Shown here piece by piece: positions 32,744 through 44,693 of a stretch of DNA of 64,000 nt. The notes under the pieces are model-generated. The model saw only the letters and a list, made by a program, of their open reading frames with translations, was not told where the DNA came from and searched no databases. Source of the stretch: Cyanophora paradoxa CCMP329 (lineage: Eukaryota; Plantae; Glaucophyta); assembly GCA_004431415.1 (NCBI GenBank), contig QPMI01000432.1, positions 310,001 to 374,000 of the forward strand. Reading direction: 5' to 3'. Both the position numbers and the translations under genes were made by a program. The stretch's first letter is position 1. The number at the start of each line of letters is the position of its first letter.

Positions 32744-35014
32744 ATGCCGCGCCGCAACTTCGGAACCTTCGGCGACGCCTACGGTGCGTCTCTAAACGAC
32801 TCGTTCTGTGCTCTGCCTTCCGCACGTCGGGCTTCGTGGCTCCCGCCAAAGTCGCGCGATCCCGGCGCTCACTGTAGCTCGGCGCTCGACGCGCAGACGA
32901 CCCGGCCGCGGAAGGCGACGATGTCGCGGATGATTACGTCGACGAGCTCGGGTGCGCCTGGCCGCGTGATCGCGCTGGACCAGAGTTCCTAGTAGTTCGG
33001 CCTTCCGCCGGCACCAGTTCGCCATCCATGCGGTCGTTTAGCACAGAATGCATTTGCGACGTCGCTTACCGCGGCGCGACACAGCGGCGACTACGGATTC
33101 CGCCGGACTGGTCCTGGCGTGAAGGCGCAGACCCAGGAGGTCGGCGGCAAGAAGCTGCTGGTCCTCGGCAAGAAGGAGAAGAAGGAGGCCCCGAAGGAGG
33201 AAGTCCTCGCCCAGGTCTGAGGCTGTAGAGATATTTCTTCGCGCCACCCATCAACTGACGGCCGCGCGCGCAGGCGGGCATAGAGAAGAAGGAGGAGAAG
33301 AAGACCTTCACATGGAAGAAGGCGGAGCCGGAGGTGCAGGCTCCGCCTCCGGAGCCCGCGGCCCCGGAGCTGGTCCACCCCGACTCGATCAAGAAGGACG
33401 ACTACGCGTCCATGACCGACTATCTGAATGGTTCGATTTACTCGAGCGCTTTCCTTATTCCAGCCTCTCACGCGGGGCGGCAGCCAAGCGCGAGGCGCGC
33501 GAGAAGTGGGCCGCGCACGAGAAGACGCAGGCGTCCCTCAAGGTCGAAGAGTTCCCCGATCTCGGCGTTCTGAAGATGCAGCCCGCCGCAAAGAAGTCTC
33601 CGCCGCCGAAGAAGGCGGCGCCTGCGCCCGCGCCAGCAGCCGCCCCCGCCGCCCCCGCGTGGGGACGGAAGGCCGAGGCGGCGCCGGCGGCCGAGCCCGC
33701 CGAGGAGCGGCCTAAGGAGCAGAAGGAGCCGGCGCCCGAGCCGGAGAAGCGCAGCCCCGCTCCCGCCGCTGGCGGCCCGCGCGGCTCGTCCTGGGGCGCT
33801 CCCGGCGGCGAGCGAGCCTTCCCCGAGCGCGGCGCCGATGCCGAGCGCTCTCCCACCTCTGACACGGGCCGGTGCGTATCCATTTGTGCCCGCCGCTTCC
33901 TCGAAGCGAGGGCGCTCGGAACTCACTCGGCCGGCAGGGAAGCCAGCTGGCGGCGACCGGAGGCGCCGGGCAGCGATCGGGCGTCCCCGGAGCGCGAGCG
34001 TCGCGACTGGCGGTCGGAGCGCGATCGCGCGCCGGCCCCGAGGCGCGAGCCGTCGCCGCCCCGTCGGGCCTCGCCCGAGAAGACGTGCGCTCGCCCCCAG
34101 CCGTCCCGCCGCCCGCCGCCCTCCGTCTGACCGTCCTTCCTGGACGAACAGGGACTGGCGCCGCCGCGAGTCTCCCCCTCGCGAGGCTCCTCGCGAGCGC
34201 GGCTGGGGCGACCGCGGCGCTGACCGCGCCCCTGCCCGCCGCGAGAGCCCCCGCCGGGATGAGAGGTCTGCCCGGGGCCTTCCCGCCAACCTGTTTCGAT
34301 TTGGACGCTCAACCCGTGCTCAGGGATACTCGCGACTGGCGTCGGCGCGACTCGCCTCCGCGCGAGGCACCGGCGCGCGAGGCACCGGCGCGCGAGCGCG
34401 GCTGGGGCGAGCGCGGCGCGGCTCGGCGCGACTCGCCGCCCCGTGACCGGTGCGCCTCGCCCGTGACGCCAGAAGCTTCAGCTCACAAACTGCTGCCTCC
34501 AGCGACACCAACGACTGGCGCCGGCGCGACTCGCCGCCGCGGGAGGCGCGCGAGGAGCGCGGCGCCGGGCGGCAGTGGACCGAGCGCGCCGCGCCCCGCC
34601 GGGAGAGCCCTCCCCGCCGGTCCGTCGCCCACGGCCTCCGCCTCGCGGCCGAGCCTGACGTGCAGCAGGGAGACTGGCGGCGACTGGCGCCGTCGCGAGT
34701 CTCCTTCCCGGGAGGCCCCGGCGCGCGAGCGCGGCTGGGGCGAGCGCGGCGCCGCTCGGCGCGACTCGCCGCCGCGGGAGCGCGGGTGGGCCGAGCGCGG
34801 CAGCGCCCGGCGCGACTCGCCGAAGGAGGAGGCTCCGCGTGAGCGCGGCTGGGCCGAGCGTGGGTCGGACCGCACTGGCGGCGACCGGTGAGTGCCAGTG
34901 CCTTTGCTCTCCGCGGGCTAGGTAGTGGGTGTCTGAGTGCTCGCTACCCAAAGGGAATCTGGCGGCCGCTGGAAGAACAGGACAGGAGAGTCCCCCCCGA
35001 AGACCCGCAACTAA
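32744..35014 (+). CDS. Hydrophilic low-complexity protein with DWRRR(E/D)SPPREAPxRERGWGER repeats, multi-exon
   Basis: MPRRNFGTFGDAY start, KVEEFPDLG motif, repeated DWRRRESPPRE/RERGW units, final exon ending ESPPKTRN-stop. Confidence 0.6.
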
Positions 35015-35505
35015 AGTGCCGTCGTCTGGTGTCTCTGCCGTCTGGTCGCACGGGAGCCTGCGTCCACGTCTCGGATCGGATCGGATTTGAATCACAGACG
35101 GCTCTGTCCCCGTCTGTCTTCGAACTATCTAGTTAGCTGTAGGCTCTTTTCTCCATCTCTTCGAATTCAGGCAGATCTGCAGTTGTCGCCATTCTCCTTG
35201 GGCGACCCGTTTCACTATCAAATACATAACAGTCCGCTTTCCTCCTGGCTGCAGTCTAAATTGCCCTCCGCGGCTCTGCACCCACTCCGCGCGCCCCGCA
35301 AATGGACACAGCGCACTGCAACATGCATTTCGAAGCCGAGAAGCTGCGGTGGGGAGAGGAATGCTTACTGCGAGGGGGGGACGAAGGGGGGGAACGCTAG
35401 CTAGGAATGTACACGGGGCGAAGGGGTTCAGACTGGAGCGGAGTGCAGAGAGGGGGGTTGGGGGAGGGGGAGACGCGGCGGGCATGCCCCGCGCGCGCTG
35501 CCCTG

Positions 35506-37526
35506 CTACTCGCCGGCCCAGCGCGGCTCGGAGCCGTAGGCGGGCTGCTTGTCGTCGTGGTGCTTGTGCTCGTGGCCGCCATGCCCGTGGTCCACAACGC
35601 CCACGCCGCCGTCGGAGGCGTGGTGCTGCTGCTCGTGGGCGTGGTGCTGTTCGTGCGCGTGGTGCTGCTCGTGCGCGTGGTGTTGGGCGTGGGCGTGGTG
35701 CTGGGCGTGGGCGTGGTGCTGGGCGTGGGCCGGCTGCGTGTCCCGCGGATAGTACTGCGTCGAGTACGAGACCACGGCGTCCCGCATCGGCTCCGGCACG
35801 AGCCTGCGGTCCAGGGCGTGAGGCGGGGGCGGGGGGCGGGGGCGGGCGCGAGGAGGACGGGAGGCCGGCCGGGGCGCACGTCATGTAGATGGACTGATAG
35901 TTCGTCGGCTGCTGCATGATCCAGCGCGCCTGCGGGCGCCGCGTCGGCGGGGCGAGGCGGGGCGGGGCGAGGCGGGCAGGGCGGGGCGCACGATGCCCTC
36001 GGCGGTCATGGAGCGGAACGAGGCCTGCAGCTGCTCGAGCTGCTGCTGGATCTGCATCTGCTGCGTGTTGTACCCCCCCGACGAGCCGTCCTGTCCCGAG
36101 CTGGACGAGCCCGTCGTGGCCGTCCCGTAGTACGAGACCTTCTGCCCGTACTGCGTCTGCCCGTACCCCGAGAGCGAGGCCGCCGAGGCCGCCGCCGCCG
36201 CCGCGTCCGGCGAGGACATCGCGTGCGCCACCGAGACCGACGGCGCGTGCCCGTACACCGTGACCGCGTTGATCGGGTTCCCCTCCGCGTCCACGGGAAT
36301 GTCCGCTGCCGGCCGGCAGGCGCGGTCAGGCCCAGACCGGCGCCGGCGGGAGAGCGCGCGTCGCTCGCACCTTCCGGGCGGCAGCGCTTGCGGCCCCGCG
36401 CCGCCTTGAAGTGGCCCTTCATCTCTGCGAGGAGCGCGCTCGGTGCGGGGCCGGCGGCGGGCGGCGGGCAGACGGGCGGCGCGGCGCCGCACCCTCGGGG
36501 GTGATGTACGGCGAGTACTGCTCAAGGTTCAGGCCGAGCTGCCGTGCGACGGTGACCAGCTCCTGCTTCGTCAACTGCGGCAGGTACCGCACTGCACCGC
36601 CGCCCGCCCGCCCGCCCCCTCAGAGCGCAGCGGGGGGCCGGGCCGGGTCGGCCGGCGGTGCGCACGCGGCTTGTTCGGCTCGTCAGGCTTGCCCACGTAC
36701 TTCTCGCGGCATTGCTGCGGGCAGGGGCGTGAGCGCGCGCGCGGGCGCAGCGGGGCGACGCCAGGCACCTGGTACTCGGGGCAGCGCGAGATCGCAGTCA
36801 TGAGAGCGGACTTGGCCTGGGCGTCTGCGGAATACGTGATGAGCGCGCGTGGCTGCTTGGCAGGAGACGGAGAGCTGCCGGCGCACAGGGGTTCTCGGCC
36901 GTCGTCTTGCCCTTCTTCTTCTTGCGCGTCGGGTCGTCGTCAACTGCGAACGAAGCCCGCCTCAGCGTCCCCGGTGCCGCGAGGCGAGCATTATGGGACG
37001 CAGTTCACGCACGCTGATCCCCCGGGTTCTTGCGCGGCCGGCCACGGGCCTTCTTCGAAGAGTAGCCGCCATCGGAGAGCGGGGTGACAGCCAAAGCTAA
37101 AGGCGCGGGGCTGCTGGAGCCGTTCGAGGACATGCCCACCGAGGTCGAAGCCGATACTGTCTGGTGCTGAGGGTTGGGGACGAGCGCGTAGTTCGAGACT
37201 TGCGGTTGGCTAGTGTAGTACGGCGCGTACAGCTGCCCGTTGCTGGCGGACTGATACTGGCTTGGAGACGGCTGCCCAGGATCTCCTGGGCGAGTTTGAT
37301 AGTACTGCTGCTGAGGTGGCTGCTGCGGAGTCGTCGGCTGGCCCGCCTGGGAGGCCTGTTGCGCGTAGCCGGACGAGGAGAGCGGAAGCCCCGGTGATTG
37401 ATTCGGAGGCGGCTGTCCGTACGCCCCGCCTTGAGGGCCGGAAGCGCCCGGGACGTACGCGGAGGAACCGTAGGATCCTCCAGCCGAGGGCAGCGAGGAC
37501 GCCGGTGGGAGGTGTTGCCAGCTCAT
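35506..37526 (-). CDS. Putative nuclear DNA-binding protein (AT-hook, HeH/SAP-like helix pair, His-rich tail), multi-exon
   Basis: Q/P/S/Y-rich N-terminus, KKARGRPRK AT-hook, RKKKGK basic patch, LTKQELVTVARQLGL, HAQHHAHEQHH repeats. Confidence 0.55.
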
Positions 37527-38454
37527 CCTTCTTCACCAGCGCCGTTTACAGCTTCGTTAAAACCTGAGAACAGACGTCAGCGAATTCCGAGACGGGCCCA
37601 GGCGGGGAGCGAAGGAGGGCAGCGAGCGGGCCATTACGCGAACCTGGGCCGACGCGACCGCTCGTAAGGGAGCCCACGACGCTCTCTACGTGAGGAGGGC
37701 ACTGGCGAGGGGCTGGCGTCTCCAGAATGCCCTGTGGCCGGTTTTCGGGCGTTGGCTGGGGATCGACGAAACCGGCGGACCGGCTTTCTTAGGCTCGGCG
37801 CACGCTGAATCCGATGCCAGGAGCGCCCAAGGAAATCCGACGCGGCAGGGCGGCCAAAAAAACGAGGGAAGAAAAGATCGAAAACCAGAGGGGGTCGACG
37901 GCTTGACGGGTACAGCGCGATCTCGTGCGCCGCAGCACGTCGATCCGCGGTGCGCCCCCCGAGCCCTTTTCTGAGGCTAGTGCATCGTGCGCATACGGGC
38001 AACCATGCGCGGGCCGCCCTCCCGCTGGGAAGGAGGCGCTTAGGCGAGGACTCGGGGGGTCTCCCGCCCCTCCTTGCCTTTTTCCTCGTCTAAAGAATGA
38101 CCTCCTGTGTGTTTAAAGAATGATCTGCTCACTCATACGCTTCCCCCAGGGCGCGGGCGTGGCTGGAGTTCTGGTTGACCACTTCCGCGAGATTGAGCTC
38201 AGTGCGATCCCTCCCCACTATACGCGTGCTTCCTAGATTTCAACCCCATTCCTGCCAAAGCGGACGGCACTTTTCGGACTCCGACTTCCGTTGAAAAACG
38301 TCGGGCCCGCAGTTCCTGGCGTTCTATGTAGTCATACTACCACGCGCCGTGCTTAAAGTTATACGATGTCGCTGATACCAGCTCCCTTTCCGCGCAGGGG
38401 ACAGAAGGAGGGCTCATCGGGCTCGAGGTCCAAAGCCGAATCGGCGAGGCCGTG

Positions 38455-40332
38455 ATGGCTGCGGAGGTGGTTTTGGACACTCGGGAGAATCGAGGCGCGC
38501 ACGTATGCGAACCCGAAACACCGAGTAATCCGTTCTTCGGGGGTCCGAGCTCCGACACCCCAACCGTTATCCGCGGCGGATCTGACCTGCCCGCGCCCCG
38601 ATGTCGCAGGCTCGAGCTCCCGATCTTTGTCTGAATCCGAAGCGCTGGGCACCGCGACATCGTGCGGCACGTCGTGCTTCAGCGTTGTCGAGGGGAGCGA
38701 GGTGTCGAGTAGGAGTCTGGCCAGCGACGTCTCCGTTCTGTCAGGGGCGACCTCTCCGCTGCCCACGCCAGGAGCCTCTCCCCGTATTCTTCCTCTTCCT
38801 TCTCTGCAACCAGCCGGAGCATCGTTTTTGCAAGGACCCCCCAAACCCCAACCCCAGCAGCCCTCGAGCCAGCGCAGCCTCGCCTCGTCCTCCGCTTCTT
38901 TTTTCACGTTCGATGAAGACGAGGAGTCTCAGTGGCTAAAGAACGAGCGCACGAAGGAAAAGGAGACTGCGGCCCCGGGAGAGTCGTCTTCGGCCGGCTC
39001 GTCGGCGAAACCCCCGCGGCCCCTCTCCCGCGGGTGGCCCGCGCCCATGGCGGCCGCGGCGAGCGCAGCGGCTGGCCCGGCGCCGGCAGAACCGACGGCA
39101 GCGCCCGCGGCGGGGGAGGGCCCCGCGGAAGACGGTGCCTCGGAGCGGGACCGGCTGGCGGAGCTGGCGTCGACGGCGGAACGGTGGAAGCGGGAGGTCG
39201 CGCAGCTGCGGCGCGAGAGCGGCGAGCTGGCCGTCAAGCTGACGAAGGCGGAGGTCGAGAACGCGGGCCTGCACCGCGCCCTTGACTCGTGCAACCGGGA
39301 CATCCGTGCCCTCAACCTGCGCGTCGCATCCCTCTCCGCCTACCAGCAGCAGGCCGAAGCGTACGGCTACGGCCCCGCGCCGGCGGCGCCGCCCTCGCAG
39401 CACGGGAGCCACGGGGCATCGCCCTCGCCGGCCCCCGGCGACCGCATCGCGCTGCAAGCTCAGGTCGACGATCTCACCGCGCAGCTCGTCGAGAGCTCCG
39501 GAGAGGCGTGCCGGCCCCGCCCCGCCCCGTCCCGCACAGCCGCTGACGCGCTCGCCCCGCAGGTCCGCCGGCTCAAGGCCCGCCTGCAGGCGCTCGCGAG
39601 CGGCGGGCAGCGCGCGAACGCGGACCTGAGCGCGCGGCTCGAGGCGATCTGCGACGAGAAGATCGAGGTGGTGCGTGAAGTAGGAGGGGCCGGCGCGGCG
39701 CCGCCTCGCCCCACGCCCCGCGGCGGCGCCTGACCGGGCGAGGCGAGCAGGAGCAGCGCCTGGCGAGCGCGGAGTTCGATGTGGCGATGCTCAAGGAGGC
39801 GCTGGGGCGGGCGCAGCGCGAGCAGGCGGCCGCCGTCGAGGGCTCCCGCGTCCTGGGCGCCCTCCTCGCCGCCAAGGACCTCGAGGCCCGCGCCTGGGCC
39901 GCCCAGTGCGAGGAGCTCCGGGGCGCCGGCGGGGCCCCGCTGGACCCGGCCGCCCGCCACCTCTGCGCCGGCTGCCAGGGCCGCCACGCCGCCGCCCTCG
40001 CCGCCGCCGCCCCGCCGCTGCCGGCCGGCCTCGCCGCCGGGTGGGAGGCACCGCCGCGCCCGCTGGCCTCCTCCTCGCCCCAGGCGGGGAGCCTGCCCTT
40101 CTCGCCGGCGGGGACGGCCCTCGGCGGGGCGCCGGCGCCCATCGGCCCCTTCTCCCTCGCCTCGCCCCTCCGCTCCCCGCCGGCCTCGCCCCTCCGCACG
40201 CCCCTCTCCGCCATGCCGAGCCCCTTCTTCGGGAGCCTCGGCGGGCCCTTCAGCGCCCCCTTCGGCCCCGACGCGAAGGCCGTCGGCGGCGGCGGCTCGC
40301 CCCTCCGCAACCCGTCCGGCCCCCCCTGCTAG
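38455..40332 (+). CDS. Coiled-coil hypothetical protein, multi-exon
   Basis: Ser-rich N-terminus, extended heptad segments (ERWKREVAQLRRESGELAVKLTKAEVENAGL, LQAQVDDLTAQL), SP-rich tail. Confidence 0.6.
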
Positions 40333-41047
40333 GGGGCGCCACCTTTTTTTTCCCTTGCGGCCCAGCGCCGCCCCTTTTTTTGCGATCCGCACGGCAGTAA
40401 TATTACCGCAGCAGCCTCGCGCAGCTGTTTCTTTCCCATCACCTCCGCAGCTTTGATTATATCCCTCGTAGGACAGCACCTCGCACTGCGCAACAGGCGC
40501 AGTCCAGATAAATATGGCTCTTGCAGCTCGCCTTTGCTCGGGCGCCTGCAGAATAGATTCTGTATGCATCGTTCTATGGTACGCAGTATGTTGAGACGAG
40601 AACAGTGCTGTAATTTCAGTACGAACAACACGCTTCCTGATGTCGATGTGCATGCGCACGTACGTGCGACGTCGACTTCGCGATCGCAGCTGTGCGAGTG
40701 CTAGCTTGGGCGGCCGGCGCCGCGAGTCGACGTCGACGTCGGCGTCCTATAGCTATAGCTATAGCTAGCTCTTGGCTAGCGCTGCACTGCGGCCGCGGCA
40801 CGCGCGAAGCGCAGCTGCCAGCTAGCTATATAGCGCTGCGCATGCGTGCGCGCGCGCGGCATTGCAATTGGGCTGGGGCGCGGGGTGCCCCGACACACGG
40901 CGCGCCTCGCTATATATCCTCCGCTTTCGTGCGTGCGCGCCATCCAACTAGGCTGCAGTTGACCAAGCCTGGCAAGCCAGAGGGGAGGGGTACAGAGCCC
41001 CAAACTATTTCTCCCCCCCCCCGCGGCCCTCGACGAGCAAGGCGAGG

Positions 41048-43086
41048 ATGGGCAACCAGGTGCATGGCGGGCGGATACACTGCACCTTCTGCGGGGGAAA
41101 GACCTGCAAGCATGAGGACTTCCGCCGGCAGGGCGGGGCCAGCGCAATAGACGGCCTGCACTCCAGCTGGGTCACGCCCAACCTGCTCGCAATGCAGCGG
41201 CCAAGTACGCGCATCATCAAGGAGCACGACGTGCTTGCGCAGTTCAAGAAGTGCGGCCGACCCTTCGCTCCACAGCGGAGCAGCCCTAACGCCCGCCGTG
41301 CAGGCACAGCATCGGCGCCGTTATAAACTGCCAGATTCCTAACGAGCAGTGCGCCCCCCTCTCCCCAGCCCTGCGGCGCGGCCTGAGCGACCCTCCCGGC
41401 AGCGCCTTCTGCGGGGACGGCATCGACCCGCGCTGCGGCTACTCGTACTGCGCAGAAGATCTCGCTCAAGAAGAGAGTGCGCGCCCCCGGGCCTCTCGCC
41501 CGCTAGCATTGCAGCCCGCGCTGGGCCCTGAGGCCGCGCCCGCCCGCCCGCCCTCCCGGCAGTCCACTTCTACGAATTCGGCTGGATCGACATGTCGGTG
41601 CCCAGCCTGGAGCGCATGATGAACATCGTACAGGTCGTAGACTACGTCATCCGCAGCGGCCGCAAGGTCCGCCTCCGCCGCCGCCGCCCCGCGCGCCCCG
41701 CGAGCCGCGGGCGACCGTGCGGGGTGGCTCCCGCCGGCCAGGTCGCGGTGCACTGCCACGCGGGGCTGGGTCGCACCGGCCTCGTGATCGCCTGCTACAT
41801 GATGTACGCGGACAAGCTCGGCGGCATCGAGGCCCGCGAGGCCGTCCGCGCCAAGCGGTGCGCCCGGCCCCGGCCCCAGCTGCCGCCGCCCGGCCCGCTC
41901 CTGAGCTCGCGGCGCGGCAGACCGGGCTCCGTGCAGTCCAAGTCGCAGGAAATGTTCCTTCTCGAGTTCGAGGAGCTCCTCGCGAGGCGCGCGCTGCCCC
42001 CGGCTTCCCCTCGCACCCCCCTCCCTGACCCCGCAGCAGGTACCGCCTCGTCTTTCCCGACGCGGCCGCGGCGCCCCGCCTCTCGTGTGCCACGTCCCGC
42101 TTCTGCCCTCCCGCCGCGCGGCCGACGGACGGGCGCGCGCGCGCGCGCGCGGCAGGCTGGAAGAGGCTCTGGAGCGGCAACGGGCGTACCTGCACGGGGA
42201 GGAGCGCCGTCTCCGCCGCCGCCTCCCCAAGGCACGCTCGCTCGAGCTCAGATGCGGCTCAGATCGAGCTCAGACGCGGCTCAGATCGTGGACGCGGTGT
42301 GCGGGCGGCTGCAGGGCGTGGCGGCGGCGCGGCTGCGGCCGGCCGAGGAGGTCGCCGAGGCCCTCGCGCGGGGCGCGGAGGGCGACGCCGCCGCCGCCGC
42401 CCGCGGCGAGGCCCTCAAGGTGCCAAATGAGCCCTGCCTCCTCGCCCCGTGCGCCCCGGCCCTCACCAGGGGCCAGGGCGAGGTGAACAGCGACCGCTGG
42501 GGCGGGCTGGAGGCCGAGGGGGAGCCCCGCGTGCTGGCCGCCCTCCTCCTCTCCTGGCTGGAGCAGCTGAAGGGACCCCTCGCCGCCCCGCCCTCGCCCC
42601 CCGCAAAGCCGTCGCCCTCGCCCGCGCCCTCGGCCGGCCCTGGGACCGAGACCGGCCCCGCCAAGCCGTCTGGGGGCAAGGCCAAGGGCAAGGGCGGGGC
42701 GGAGGGCAGCAGCGACGGGGAGGAAGGGGAAGAGCGGGGCGGACCGTCGCCGGCACCCTCCTCCTCCGCGTCGTCTTCCAAGGCGTACGCCGTGCGGCGG
42801 GCCGCGCGGCCGGTGCTGGAGGCCGTCGAGGCGACCCTGCGCTCGGTGTGCCCGCCCGCCCCGCCGCCCGGCGCCGGCGCCCCTCCGCCCCCTCCTCGTG
42901 TTTAGAGGCGCGCCCGCCCGCCCGCCCGCGCAGGTGTCTGTGGCGCCGGAGGGGGCGCTGAGGGCGGCGTGCCGGCGGCTGGCGGGGGCGCTGGCGCAGG
43001 CGGCCGAGGGGCCCATAGTGGACGCCCTCGCGGCGGACCTGGAGGCAGCCGCCCGGGGGCACAGCCACCCCGCCGACGGCGGCTGA
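41048..43086 (+). CDS. PTPDC1: Protein tyrosine phosphatase domain-containing protein 1 homologue
   Basis: CTFCGGKTCKHE, AIDGLHSSWVTPNLLAMQRPS, FYEFGWIDMSVP, active-site VAVHCHAGLGRTG, PGSVQ, C-terminal LLLSWLEQLKGPL. Confidence 0.9.
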
Positions 43087-43546
43087 TCGATCATGAGCGG
43101 CAGCGAGCGCGGCCTCGCCTCGCCTCGGCGCCCCCGCCCCGCCCCGGCCCAGTGCTAGTCTCTCTTCCTCGTCTTATCTTATCGATGCGTTATATTTGAT
43201 GTCGAATGATCACGAATGCCAGCGATAAAAGGCCGGATCCGCGAAGCTAGCCTGGGATCCAGAGGGGCCTGGGGGCCGGGGGCCTTGCGCAGCGGGCGGA
43301 GAGCGAGGCGCGGCGGGGTCGCGCCGGCGCCGCGGCCGGCCCTGGGGCTCGCGAGTGTTCGGCCCTGGACGCGACACAGCGCCGGCGGGCAATTTGCCGC
43401 CCAGGCACTGGCACGGCTTGGCTGCCGCTGCTGCGCGCCTCTTGAACGTGCCGGATGGGTGGATCGCTAGACGGCCGCGGCGCGGCGTAGCCCTTGGGCC
43501 GGGGATCGGAAATGTCCACGAATTATCGGCTCCGGGAGCGCTCTGG

Positions 43547-44569
43547 TCACGGCCCCGCGCCCGTCGGCGCTGCTGGCGCCGCGGCCGTCGGCGCCGCGGG
43601 GGGGTACGAGCCGTCCCGCGAGTCCCCCTCCGCGATCACGACGATCCCGTCGCCGCGCACGAAGAGCTGCGGCGCCGGCCGAGCCGATCAGGCGCCGCGC
43701 GACCGCGGGCGCGGGCGCGGGCGGGGCCCAGCGTGGCCCCCACTCGCCTGGTTCACGTGCCGCCGCCTCGTCTCCAATCGCGCCAGGCGCATGGGAGGAG
43801 GGGGGCGGGGCGCCGGCGGCCCGGGCCCCTGCGGCCCCTGCGGATCTGCCGCGCCCTCGGGCGCAGCTGCAGCGCCCCTATAGCTCGAGCTCGCGCCCGC
43901 CTTCGCGGCCGGGCCGCTCTCATCCTCGGGCTCCCAGTGGGTCACTGTCCACTCCTCCTCTACATCCGCTAGAACCTGCCGGGCCGGGGCGCGAACCTCA
44001 GGTCTGGCGGGCGCGCGGCGCGCGGGCAGCAGCCTACCATGTTCAGGTGCCGGTCGAAGGCGCGGATGTAGCCGACGAGCGTCCCGCGGACCGTCTTCAT
44101 CCGCCGCACCCATATCTTGACGCGCACGCGCCTCTCGAAGAACTTCCGCACCAGGCTCAGCGGCCCGGTCTTGAAGGACGCTGCGGGCGCCCGTCGGGCG
44201 AGGCTAGCGCACGGGCGCGCGCGCGGGGCACGGACCGGCGATCTTGTCAACAACGCCAGTACGCTCCGCGATCAGGGCTGCCTCGGCGTCACGGGCCTCT
44301 TTCTTCGCCGCGGCCTCAGCTTCGCGCTTCGCTCTCGCTGCCTCGGACTGCTCCAGCGTGCGCCCGTCGCTCCAGTCCGCATCCGATGCTGGCAGCAGGG
44401 GCCGGCATCGCGTGAGGTTGTCGAGCGGCTGCTCTTCGGGGCAGGGCACCGCGACGCCGGGCTCGTACAGCGCCCGGAGCGGGTCTAGCTCGTCGCTCGA
44501 GAGGTCAAGCGAGGGGTCTCGAGCGCTGCCTGGAGGCTCGGGCGGCTTGCCCTTGCCTCGTCGGGACAT
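43547..44569 (-). CDS. LSM11: U7 snRNA-associated Sm-like protein Lsm11 homologue
   Basis: N-terminal LDLSSDELDPLRALY...PLDNL; GPLSLV...RVKIWVR...VRGTLVGYIRAFDRHLNM|VLADVEE (Sm1); long insert; RRHVNQ|LFVRGDGIVVI (Sm2). Confidence 0.85.
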
Positions 44570-44693
44570 AGGGTCGGTGCGGTCAGGAAGGGGGGATCGA
44601 GAGGGGGGCACACGAATTCTGAGAGGGCTCGTCGCACAGCACAGCAGCGAGGATCGCATTGTCTAGTAGAAGAGCAGCTAGGAAGCTTGGGGA

